Part shown: piece after piece, positions 8,232 to 15,873 of the stretch
Numbering within the stretch: the stretch's first letter is position 1
Layout of the letters: each line of letters starts with the position of its first letter
IMG/VR virus record: IMGVR_UViG_3300032227_000993
Origin: a virus
Taxonomy: Duplodnaviria > Caudoviricetes
DNA length: 64,000 nucleotides
Direction: 5' to 3' (one strand)
The notes under the pieces: model-generated
What the model was told of the DNA's origin: nothing
The model's input: the letters and a program-made list of their open reading frames with translations, nothing else
Databases searched by the model: none
Position numbers and translations under genes: made by a program

Positions 8232-10360
8232 ATCGGCATTTGACTGATCAACTGGGCAAATTTTTCATAGTAGTCTTTGCGCGGTAATAAACCTCGTACC
8301 TGTTGTTGACTTTGTAAAGATTGTGGATTTGATTTATTACGGTCAGTTGTATTGGAATACCACTGAACAAAGGGCATTTTAAAATCTAAACACAAGGCTT
8401 GATTATTCCACATACCCGGACTGCTTTGAGTTTTCTCACCGTTGTTGTTGTAGTAAAAGTGTTTATGGAAAAACTCAACATCAAGCAGTAAATCGCAACG
8501 GTCAATAACCAGCGATTTAATTATGATATTTTTATCACGTAAAATATTGCCATCAACATCGACTTCTGTATCGTTTGTACCTTTGTTGGTCATCTGTAGA
8601 CTCAAGCAATTTAATTTATGAAGATCAATTACAGGAACTTCAAACTCTATTAAATGCTCACCTTGATCAAGGCAGCGTTCAACTATGGTAGTGTCGTTAA
8701 TTTTTACCACCAAGTTGGGATTAGTTATGCAAGCATTTGCCTCTACACCAAGTTGAACAGTCAACGATTTTTTGCTGTTTAGTATAGATTCAACCACTTG
8801 GTCAACATCAGCAATGGGATCAAACTGTGAAGTGTCGCCCTGTGCGTTGATATCAAAAAATTTATTAAGTCCGTCTAAATTGGCACGTGCTGATTCGTAA
8901 ACAGATTGTAATAAACTAGTTTCTTCAAGTTCAACACTCATATCCAACTCATCACATAACTTACTTAAAATTAAACGTCGCTGTAGTCTTACCTTGCTGG
9001 TGTTACCTCTATTGTTTCTGGCAATCCATCCAAACATACCTAAATCGTGTTGTTGATGAATATTGATATTGTAATCTGCTGGCGTGCCTGGGAGCAAATT
9101 GTAGGGTATTCCCAATAGCATACCGCTGATAGTTCCTGATCTAATGTAGGGGATGAGTTTAATGATCATGTCGCAATGATCCATAAAGTCTTCGTGACGC
9201 TCACTCCAGTGGCCTACAAAACTTAACAAGGTACACGAAATACCGTAGCGTTTGAAATAGTCTAGCTCAAAGAACAAAGCTTCGACTGTAGTTTTTTTAT
9301 CCATGTGGTCCAATACATAATTACTGCCGCTCTCGGCACCTATGGTCAAACCATGTCCTCCGCTTTTAACGATTGAGTCGTAGTATTGATCGATATCAGG
9401 CATATTCTGCATTTCTCGACAAATATATTGCCCAGTCCATGTGATGGGAATTGGAGCCACAGCATTATGTTGGATAAGTCTATTGATAAATTGTTTAAAA
9501 ATTTTCAAGCCGCCGTTACTCAAACTATCGGCCATTACAAATTTATTAATTTTAAATTTTTCTTGTAACGCAATTAGTTCTTCGGCAAATGCTACGCCGT
9601 CCTTGAACCGATACCGACCAAACTGTTTTTTAATATCGCAAAAATCACAGTCGCGTACACATCCGGTACTACCAATTACATCAAGCGACCGAACATTGTC
9701 GGGCCACTGGTATCTATCAAAATCATAATCGCTGTAGTCGGGCCAAGTGATATCTAAGTTGTCTCTTTTATTTTGTTTAGATTCGCTGGTGCCAGTAGCT
9801 AAAAACTCTAGCAGTGCATCTTCGGCATCGCCTATCACATAGTGTTTTACAAGGCCGCGATCTTTGAGTATGTAGACTAGGTCTGTTTTTACTTCAGAAC
9901 CTGTTATGTCTAATAAACTAATAGCTGTACTGGCTGGAAAGCAAGAGATGCCGCGTCCGCCAAGTACTATTCGATCAGTCATGCCTAATTTTTCAAATCG
10001 TCTTAATAAATCTATAGCAATTCGATGAGTGTAAACACTAAACACACTAAACCCAATGTATCTAGCATTGGCACTGATTACAGTATCAATAATGTAATCG
10101 TAAAATTCTTCTATCTGATTAATTTCGTCTGAATCAATCTCGGCACCTGGCACAATAAAATAATTTGATAGTCTGCTGGAAACATCAACGTTTCCTTTAC
10201 AACATACATGGAAAAAGTCACCAGAAAAATCAAAACATCTAGCACGGTACCCTGCTTCTTCGGCAATACCTTTTAAAATAGCTGGAGCCGAATAGATCCG
10301 ATCCATGCCTAGCGGTGGTAGCGAGCAGAATACTATGTCATAGTTGTAGTTATTATTCAT
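8228..10360 (-). CDS. cobalamin-binding-type (class B-like) radical SAM protein with C-terminal extension
   Basis: N-terminal B12-binding-like Rossmann region (GFSVFSVY, VLGG), GCVRDCDFC, IGAESGSNYVLDHMDK. Confidence 0.8.
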   Translation of the reverse strand: MNNNYNYDIVFCSLPPLGMDRIYSAPAILKGIAEEAGYRARCFDFSGDFFHVCCKGNVDVSSRLSNYFIVPGAEIDSDEINQIEEFYDYIIDTVISANARYIGFSVFSVYTHRIAIDLLRRFEKLGMTDRIVLGGRGISCFPASTAISLLDITGSEVKTDLVYILKDRGLVKHYVIGDAEDALLEFLATGTSESKQNKRDNLDITWPDYSDYDFDRYQWPDNVRSLDVIGSTGCVRDCDFCDIKKQFGRYRFKDGVAFAEELIALQEKFKINKFVMADSLSNGGLKIFKQFINRLIQHNAVAPIPITWTGQYICREMQNMPDIDQYYDSIVKSGGHGLTIGAESGSNYVLDHMDKKTTVEALFFELDYFKRYGISCTLLSFVGHWSERHEDFMDHCDMIIKLIPYIRSGTISGMLLGIPYNLLPGTPADYNINIHQQHDLGMFGWIARNNRGNTSKVRLQRRLILSKLCDELDMSVELEETSLLQSVYESARANLDGLNKFFDINAQGDTSQFDPIADVDQVVESILNSKKSLTVQLGVEANACITNPNLVVKINDTTIVERCLDQGEHLIEFEVPVIDLHKLNCLSLQMTNKGTNDTEVDVDGNILRDKNIIIKSLVIDRCDLLLDVEFFHKHFYYNNNGEKTQSSPGMWNNQALCLDFKMPFVQWYSNTTDRNKSNPQSLQSQQQVRGLLPRKDYYEKFAQLISQMPI

Positions 10361-10415
10361 TGATATTGGAAAAGAGTGTCAAATATTTATCTGACACTCT
10401 TGTAATGGTGTACTA

Positions 10416-10799
10416 CTAATTTAGTGGAAGGCCTCTTGCGGCCCTTCCACTACCTTTGTTTCTTGCGCTAAATGTATCAGTTTGGCTGTGACAGTTGGGA
10501 CATATTAATCTTAAATTCTCTGGATTGTTATTTCCAGCGTTTCCGTTGATATGATCAACTTGTAAAGTTAAAGGCTTATTGTTATGCTCGCTAATACCAC
10601 AGCAACTACATCTATAACCTTTAATTTCCGTTAACACTTTTCTAATAGTATTGCGATCACTTACTTCGCCACGATTAAATCTATTAATTGTTTTTGTAAA
10701 CATTCCTTTAGCACTACACCCATTACTACAATACACATTCATTTTGGAATGAGACCAATTAGATTTAATTCCACAACTTTTACAATTATATGTTTTCAT
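10416..10799 (-). CDS. HNH endonuclease (free-standing, in tRNA cluster)
   Basis: C..C zinc motifs, VDHINGNAGNNNPENLRLICPNCH. Confidence 0.9.
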   Translation of the reverse strand: MKTYNCKSCGIKSNWSHSKMNVYCSNGCSAKGMFTKTINRFNRGEVSDRNTIRKVLTEIKGYRCSCCGISEHNNKPLTLQVDHINGNAGNNNPENLRLICPNCHSQTDTFSARNKGSGRAARGLPLN

Positions 10800-10813
10800 A
10801 ATTTTAAATAGAT

Positions 10814-10887
10814 TGGAGCGGGTAGCGAGAATCGAACTCGCGAATAGTCCTTGGCAAGGACTCGGGTTACCATTACATCATACCCGC
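10814..10887 (-). tRNA. tRNA-Gly(GCC)
   Basis: Cloverleaf, loop TT-GCC-AA, U73, CCA. Confidence 0.95.
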
Positions 10888-10895
10888 ACTAAATC

Positions 10896-11486
10896 TTAAT
10901 AGCTTACTAGTCTTGGACTAAAAGCAAAAGTTGCTGGGTAGTTGGCAATAAATGCCGCATTGGTTGGATCATTGATGTAGGCTGGATCAACCAAGGCACG
11001 GATATTCCAACCAAGATTAAGATACAGGCACTTGCCAAAGATATGTACAAAAAGAACATATTGAAACAGGCCTTGACCTTTGACCAACAAGTGACCAGGA
11101 TTCTGTTCATTACAGTTCAAATCACCCGACCAACTCATACCGTCTGTGCCATGTAGATACTTGACAGCAAAGCCATAAAACGGATTACGCCATAACCACT
11201 GGACCTTTGACCACCAGCAGGGATTATGAGCGGCACGGAATGTTTGGTCACCATCTAGGCTGTTGTCCGGCGTTTGCCACCAACCTAGCCAACTAAACAA
11301 GCGTGGACCCGACTCCCATACAGTACCATTGTTACACCAACCTGTTTGGGTGCTGTACATGATGCCAATAATAAAAGCAAGTGGGAATGTTAAAATAGTA
11401 CCAACTAAGTTAACAGGAACTAAGACTAAAAAGTATAAAAAATAGATCATAAAATCTCCTTGTGAACTATTTAATGTGTTGTGCAA
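10896..11486 (-). CDS. hypothetical membrane protein
   Basis: Hydrophobic N-terminus, WWQTPDNSLDGD...WLWRNP. Confidence 0.65.
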   Translation of the reverse strand: MHNTLNSSQGDFMIYFLYFLVLVPVNLVGTILTFPLAFIIGIMYSTQTGWCNNGTVWESGPRLFSWLGWWQTPDNSLDGDQTFRAAHNPCWWSKVQWLWRNPFYGFAVKYLHGTDGMSWSGDLNCNEQNPGHLLVKGQGLFQYVLFVHIFGKCLYLNLGWNIRALVDPAYINDPTNAAFIANYPATFAFSPRLVSY

Positions 11487-11500
11487 CCTGATTAAAATAA

Positions 11501-11574
11501 TGGAGCGGGATATCGGAATCGAACCGATGACCGAAGATTGGAAATCTGCTGTTTTGCCCCTAAACTAATCCCGC
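11501..11574 (-). tRNA. tRNA-Gly(TCC)
   Basis: Cloverleaf, loop TT-TCC-AA, CCA. Confidence 0.93.
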
Positions 11575-11575
11575 A

Positions 11576-11650
11576 TGGTGGGCCTTCTAAGAATTGAACT
11601 TAGACTCCAACGATTATGAGTCGTTTGCTTTACCATTAAGCTAAAGGCCC
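11576..11650 (-). tRNA. tRNA-Ile2(CAT) (lysidine type)
   Basis: GGGCCTT/AAGGCCC acceptor, loop CT-CAT-AA, resembles bacterial Ile2 rather than Met. Confidence 0.85.
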
Positions 11651-11657
11651 AACAAAT

Positions 11658-11731
11658 TGGCTCCGAGCCAGGGAATTGAACCCCATCCAACAGGTTTGGA
11701 GTCTGCTGTGCTACCGTAACACTTGCCCGGA
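11658..11731 (-). tRNA. tRNA-Trp(CCA)
   Basis: Loop CT-CCA-AA, G73, CCA; A31-C39 mismatch. Confidence 0.88.
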
Positions 11732-11735
11732 ATTG

Positions 11736-11817
11736 TTAGGTGAGAGTTATCCTCTCAAAACCGTACCTTACAGCGTCCTGTAAGTTCACTAGTAAATCCT
11801 AGTTATCAAAGTGAGCA
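11736..11817 (-). ncRNA. candidate three-hairpin structured RNA between tRNA-fMet and tRNA-Trp
   Basis: GCTCACTT, then hairpins ACTAG/CTAGT, CTTACAG/CTGTAAG, TGAGAG/CTCTCA, then CCTAA; same end motifs as 45216-45309. Confidence 0.5.
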
Positions 11818-11842
11818 TTGTTAAGAGGCTTGACCGGGTGTT

Positions 11843-11916
11843 TGGTTGCGGGTCCTGGAATCGCACCAGGGACTAGAGCTTATGAGACTCTCGAGATACT
11901 CCTTCTCCAACCCGCG
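11843..11916 (-). tRNA. tRNA-fMet(CAT)-like, divergent
   Basis: C1:A72 mismatch, loop CT-CAT-AA; anticodon stem AGAGT/GCTCT lacks the three G-C pairs; T-loop TGCGATT. Confidence 0.8.
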
Positions 11917-11922
11917 ATAGAT

Positions 11923-11998
11923 TGGTGGAGGTGACAGGACTTGAACCCGCTACATCCTGCTTGCAAAGCAGGCGCTCTACCAGATGAGCTACACCCCC
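11923..11998 (-). tRNA. tRNA-Ala(TGC)
   Basis: Canonical cloverleaf, G3:U70, loop TT-TGC-AA, CCA. Confidence 0.95.
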
Positions 11999-12006
11999 AA
12001 ATAATT

Positions 12007-12081
12007 TGGTACACCCTAGGAGAATCGAACTCCTCTTCCGCCCGTGAAAGGGGCGTGTCCTAACCGATAGACGAAGGGTGC
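12007..12081 (-). tRNA. tRNA-Glu(TTC)
   Basis: Stem CGCCC/GGGCG, loop CT-TTC-AC, CCA. Confidence 0.93.
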
Positions 12082-12084
12082 TAA

Positions 12085-12240
12085 GTGCCCGGCTACGCTT
12101 ATGTCGTGCGCCCCGGGCTAGGAATAATCATCGTTAGCTAGATCCGCTCTAGCTGGCGTGATAGATTTAAGTCTAACCTATCCAACCCTTGACTTTCTGG
12201 CAAGTCCGCAACCCCCGATTAAACCCCCGAGCAGGGTGAC
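12085..12240 (-). ncRNA. candidate GC-rich multi-hairpin RNA between tRNA-Tyr and tRNA-Glu
   Basis: Hairpins GACTT/AAGTC, GATAG/CTATC, AGCTAGA/TCTAGCT, GCCCGG/CCGGGC; no ORF. Confidence 0.45.
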
Positions 12241-12245
12241 ATTCT

Positions 12246-12329
12246 TGGTGGAGAATACTGGGATCGAACCAGTCATGCCGTAGGCGCCGGATTTACAGTC
12301 CAGTGCATCACCATTGATGCTTCTTCTCC
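12246..12329 (-). tRNA. tRNA-Tyr(GTA)
   Basis: Long variable arm, loop CT-GTA-AA, A73, CCA. Confidence 0.93.
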
Positions 12330-12330
12330 A

Positions 12331-12442
12331 TATAGTAAAGCGCACTCAATCCTAGAAGTTTCGAACCTTCTAAGTAACCCGCGGAAGGTGTACCGGTAAG
12401 ACTCCGCATTTATGTATTAAGTGGCAAGTGCGCTTTACTATA
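12331..12442 (-). ncRNA. candidate tRNA-like RNA closed by a 16-bp perfect inverted repeat
   Basis: TATAGTAAAGCGCACT (12331-12346) / AGTGCGCTTTACTATA (12427-12442); internal TAGAAG-GTTCGAAA-CTTCTA T-arm-like hairpin and GCGGA/TCCGC hairpin. Confidence 0.55.
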
Positions 12443-12505
12443 CACTAATTTTTTGTTCTACAAGAAGAACTCCATCCTAGTGCCCGCCCGTTTGTGTTAA
12501 GTTAT

Positions 12506-12535
12506 AGTGTAACACAGGACCTCGTTTCCTGTCAA
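12506..12535 (-). promoter_or_regulatory. sigma70-type promoter TTGACA-18-TACACT upstream of tRNA array
   Basis: Hexamers on minus strand; spacer contains ACAGGA/TCCTGT inverted repeat. Confidence 0.6.
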
Positions 12536-12551
12536 CCACTTATCTTGCTGT

Positions 12552-12722
12552 TTAATCTTCGATTTGAAAATAAACAGCGTCTCGTGCCTGGATCATTTCC
12601 TTGGCACGTTGGATCTTGTTTTGAAACAGTCTGGTCTTCATTTCTTCAGTCAGCGTTAAGTTACTGACTTCCCAGGCTTGTTTTACAACTCGATCGTTTA
12701 GATTACTGTAATCTATTGTCAT
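12552..12722 (-). CDS. small hypothetical protein (56 aa)
   Basis: MTIDYSNLNDRVVKQAWEVSNLTLTEEMKTRLFQNKIQRAKEMIQARDAVYFQIED; GAAAGGAA RBS. Confidence 0.6.
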   Translation of the reverse strand: MTIDYSNLNDRVVKQAWEVSNLTLTEEMKTRLFQNKIQRAKEMIQARDAVYFQIED

Positions 12723-12736
12723 ACATTTCCTTTCAT

Positions 12737-12767
12737 AAAAAAAGCCCCTAACTACTTAGAGGCTTTT
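12737..12767 (-). terminator. intrinsic terminator (attenuator candidate)
   Basis: AAAGCCTCTAA-GTAG-TTAGGGGCTTT followed by T-run. Confidence 0.75.
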
Positions 12768-12790
12768 GAATAATAAACAAATACACACTA

Positions 12791-12892
12791 CTATTCAAAC
12801 GCCTTGACTCCTAGTTCTACGCCGCAACCATTGGCCCACACCCCAATTTGATTAGGAAGTATTGTTAAGAGTGTATATATTAAATGTTTCAT
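12791..12892 (-). CDS. putative leader peptide (33 aa)
   Basis: MKHLIYTLLTILPNQIGVWANGCGVELGVKAFE, downstream of ATAAATA (12920-12914) and upstream of a terminator. Confidence 0.5.
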   Translation of the reverse strand: MKHLIYTLLTILPNQIGVWANGCGVELGVKAFE

Positions 12893-12958
12893 AATAGTGT
12901 TATTGTACTAGGTTATTTATCTTTTGTCAACCTGTATTTTACCATAAATATCGACTCA

Positions 12959-13975
12959 ATGCTCAAACTCCACGAAATACAACAACTTCAGATAGAATTA
13001 ACCACTAGATGCAATGCTCGCTGTCCTTTGTGTATGCGAAACTATCGCGGTATGGAACACAACGATGGTTATCCAGAAACAGAACTACGCTTGGCAGATA
13101 TCCAGCGGATGTTCCCCGCAGAATTTCTAAAACAAATCAAACGGATACTGTTCAACGGTAATCTTGGAGATTTTGGTCTGGCCAAAGACAGCATAGAAAT
13201 AGTAAAATATTTTTTAGCCAACGGCATCAAAGAAATTGATATTTCCACCAACGGAAGTATGCGAACCACAGATTGGTGGGCACAATTAGCCTTACCAGGA
13301 GTTACTGTAGGGTTTGCTCTGGATGGCATGGCCGACACACACCATTTGTACAGACAAGACACAGACTGGCACAAAATTATTGAAAACGCTCAAGCTCTAA
13401 TACAGGCTGGCGGACGTGCTGTATGGCGTTTCATTCCATTTGATCACAATCGACATCAGATGGAAACTTGCCGGGCATTTTCAAAACAATTGGGATTTGT
13501 TGATTTTCAGGACATTGGGCATGGAAGAAATCGAACTTATGTCTACAATCGTACTGGCGAGTACAGTCATCTTATCGGCGAACCGTTTCAGCCATCGGAC
13601 TTGACCGACCCGCCCAAGATACAACAACTGGTAGAGCATCATCTTACTTGGTTTGATCCAAAAACATTCAAACAAGAACAAGACACCAGCGATTTGGAAA
13701 TTGATTGCCATCATAAACGATTCAAGGAACTGTATGTAGCTGCCAATGGAGAAGTGTATCCCTGCTGTTTTCTTGGCTTTTATCCGCAGACAATGCATCA
13801 TCCAGGCAATGTACAATTAAAACCTATTGTAAAACAAAACAATGCGTTGCACTACAGTTTAGAAACGTGTATTGAGTGGTTCAACGACGTAGAGGAATCA
13901 TGGCATCGCGAAAGCATTGCCGACGGTAGGATGTACATTTGTGTCAATACCTGTGCCGTAAAAAAAGCACCCTAG
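12959..13975 (+). CDS. radical SAM/SPASM protein (paralog of 5506-6510)
   Basis: CNARCPLC, GNLGD, TNGSMR, PCC; likely start MLKLHE at 12959, 8 nt after TAAATA. Confidence 0.85.
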   Translation: MLKLHEIQQLQIELTTRCNARCPLCMRNYRGMEHNDGYPETELRLADIQRMFPAEFLKQIKRILFNGNLGDFGLAKDSIEIVKYFLANGIKEIDISTNGSMRTTDWWAQLALPGVTVGFALDGMADTHHLYRQDTDWHKIIENAQALIQAGGRAVWRFIPFDHNRHQMETCRAFSKQLGFVDFQDIGHGRNRTYVYNRTGEYSHLIGEPFQPSDLTDPPKIQQLVEHHLTWFDPKTFKQEQDTSDLEIDCHHKRFKELYVAANGEVYPCCFLGFYPQTMHHPGNVQLKPIVKQNNALHYSLETCIEWFNDVEESWHRESIADGRMYICVNTCAVKKAP

Positions 13976-13986
13976 GGTGCTTTTTT
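13960..13986. terminator. bidirectional intrinsic terminator
   Basis: AAAAAAGCACC-CTAG-GGTGCTTTTTT between convergent genes. Confidence 0.85.
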
Positions 13987-14000
13987 GTTACATTTAAAAA

Positions 14001-14738
14001 TTATTCAAATGTTTTGGTTAATGTAGCTACCCAAGCATCTTTGTACAACTGCTGACCATTGACGGTATTAGCACGTTGATTCTGAGTAGTCATGCTTGTG
14101 TTTGTGTAATAACGAACACCAATATCCCAAGCCTTGGGTAATGTGTAAACAGCACCTACGTTGATATCATTATAACTTGCGTTACCATGATTAGCAACTG
14201 CTGTACGACCATAGTGAGCAACAAAACTCAAGTCTTTGAGTTTAGCTGTCAAAGGAGCGAACGATTGTTTAACATCGGCTTGATAGTATTGTGTACCAGC
14301 ACTATTATTCACACCAAAGTAATTACTAGTAGAACGACTGTACTTAAGAGCAACAGGACCATAACCTACGCCAGCATACAATTCTTGTGTGTTGAAGTTA
14401 GGATTTTTACCATTGGTAGCATTAGGATAAAAATAGTTATAAGAACCAACATCGATTGTTAGACCCTTGTAAATATCTTTCTTGTATCCAGCATAGATGT
14501 CTGACTCTACACCAGCGCCGTTTGTATACAGTTGGCTAGAAACACTACTGTTCCAGTTACCAATGTACAAACCGCTTGAGTGAGTGTAGTCGATACCACC
14601 TTGTACTGCTGGGCCATTTTGAGTTTGACTGATACCACGGAAACGGTAATCACTTGCCAAACCTAAATTGCCTGTTACTTGTGCGTGGGCAGAAGTGATA
14701 CCTGCAATCGCAAACAATGCTAATAATAATTTTTTCAT
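14001..14738 (-). CDS. TorF-type (TIGR02001-like) outer-membrane beta-barrel/porin
   Basis: Signal peptide, SDYRFRGISQT, PAVQGGIDY, GLYIGNW, alternating beta strands, C-terminal TKTFE. Confidence 0.8.
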   Translation of the reverse strand: MKKLLLALFAIAGITSAHAQVTGNLGLASDYRFRGISQTQNGPAVQGGIDYTHSSGLYIGNWNSSVSSQLYTNGAGVESDIYAGYKKDIYKGLTIDVGSYNYFYPNATNGKNPNFNTQELYAGVGYGPVALKYSRSTSNYFGVNNSAGTQYYQADVKQSFAPLTAKLKDLSFVAHYGRTAVANHGNASYNDINVGAVYTLPKAWDIGVRYYTNTSMTTQNQRANTVNGQQLYKDAWVATLTKTFE

Positions 14739-14843
14739 TCTAAATTTCCTTTATGTTTTGTACTGCTTAGACTTATATTTAGTGGGCCAACAACAGATCA
14801 ACAAATTTTACAGTAAAAGCAGCGCAATAATTTACATATTTAG

Positions 14844-14870
14844 GCAAAACAAAACCCGCCGAAGCGGGTT
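14844..14870 (-). terminator. intrinsic terminator after tmRNA
   Basis: AACCCGC-TTCG-GCGGGTT followed by TTGTTTTG. Confidence 0.8.
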
Positions 14871-14874
14871 AAGT

Positions 14875-15230
14875 GGTAGTTTCTGTTACGAGGCATTTCC
14901 TGCCCTAAGCAGTGATTAAACTGCTAAAGATTGGCGTTGTGCTGAACGAGCAGAGAACTTAACGTTCTTACCTGAAACAGTTACTTCGCCTGTAGATGTT
15001 TTTGCATTTACAAAGTTTGCTTGATTTACAGTCATCGCCTACTGTGTTGCCTCTTTCGCTATCTCGCCATGTCGAAACCGGTCGGACCCAACAAAGCATA
15101 CTGTGTGGATCTTACGATGGGCCCTCGAAGGGTTGTCCCCACACTCCAGTAGACAATATGCTTTGGTGGATCCGGGGAGAATCGAACTCCCGTCCACAGC
15201 GCCTTCACTACGAAGGAATTACAACAATTC
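14875..15230 (-). ncRNA. ssrA: circularly permuted two-piece tmRNA
   Basis: Acceptor piece (T-arm GGGAGTTCGATTCTCCC, CGGATCC-A-CCA ending 15164) precedes intervening hairpin AAGCATA/TATGCTT and coding piece starting GGGTCCGACCGGTTTCGAC at 15089; G3:U70; tag ORF 15005-14916 AKTSTGEVTVSGKNVKFSARSAQRQSLAV. Outer ends approximate. Confidence 0.88.
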
Positions 15231-15239
15231 TTTTAAAAC

Positions 15240-15479
15240 TTACAGAACGATTTCAGCACTTGCTGGATTGTACGAGGTAATGTATGTGATCCAAGCATCA
15301 GCAGCATTTGTATCTTTCCAAGTACGAGCAACAGTATATTGTGTTTGACCAAAAGTTCTAGTAGCAGCACCGTCGGTGTCGCCATTAGCAACTAATTGTG
15401 CAACATATTCTGTGATAGCAGTACTTTCGGCAGTTGTTGGAGTTCCGTTATTCCAAGTTACTAGTGTGTTAGTAGTCAT
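15240..15479 (-). CDS. hypothetical protein (79 aa, Thr/Ala-rich)
   Basis: ORF with AAGGA RBS. Confidence 0.6.
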   Translation of the reverse strand: MTTNTLVTWNNGTPTTAESTAITEYVAQLVANGDTDGAATRTFGQTQYTVARTWKDTNAADAWITYITSYNPASAEIVL

Positions 15480-15495
15480 ATAATATCCTTAATAA

Positions 15496-15582
15496 TTATT
15501 CATCTTTTTCAAGATAATCTTTTAATTCAATAAGTGCGTAAATTAATACAGCACTCATAACAAACATTGCAAACATAACCAT
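15496..15582 (-). CDS. small membrane peptide (28 aa)
   Basis: MVMFAMFVMSAVLIYALIELKDYLEKDE, coupled to upstream ORF. Confidence 0.4.
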   Translation of the reverse strand: MVMFAMFVMSAVLIYALIELKDYLEKDE

Positions 15583-15583
15583 A

Positions 15584-15751
15584 TTAGTTATATCCTTTAA
15601 CAGCCTTACCGTCAATTTTGGGATTGCCCTTTGCATGAGCTTTTAAGAAATAATCCTTTTTACGCTCTTCTGGCAAGGGACCACATCCTAATCTATCCCA
15701 CTCTCGATCAGAGTAGTAATACTGCTGTACAGGCTTTTTGTTCTGTTCCAT
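15584..15751 (-). CDS. small hypothetical protein (55 aa)
   Basis: MEQNKKPVQQYYYSDREWDRLGCGPLPEE..., 8 nt after TAAATA. Confidence 0.55.
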   Translation of the reverse strand: MEQNKKPVQQYYYSDREWDRLGCGPLPEERKKDYFLKAHAKGNPKIDGKAVKGYN

Positions 15752-15873
15752 AGTAGTAATATTTACCTAAATTAATTAGTTTACTGGTAGCTCGAGCATT
15801 GTAACTCAAGATTTTGAGTATTGTGTGTTTCTACGTTATTATCAAGGCCTTATTAATGTGCAGTTTAACAGGG

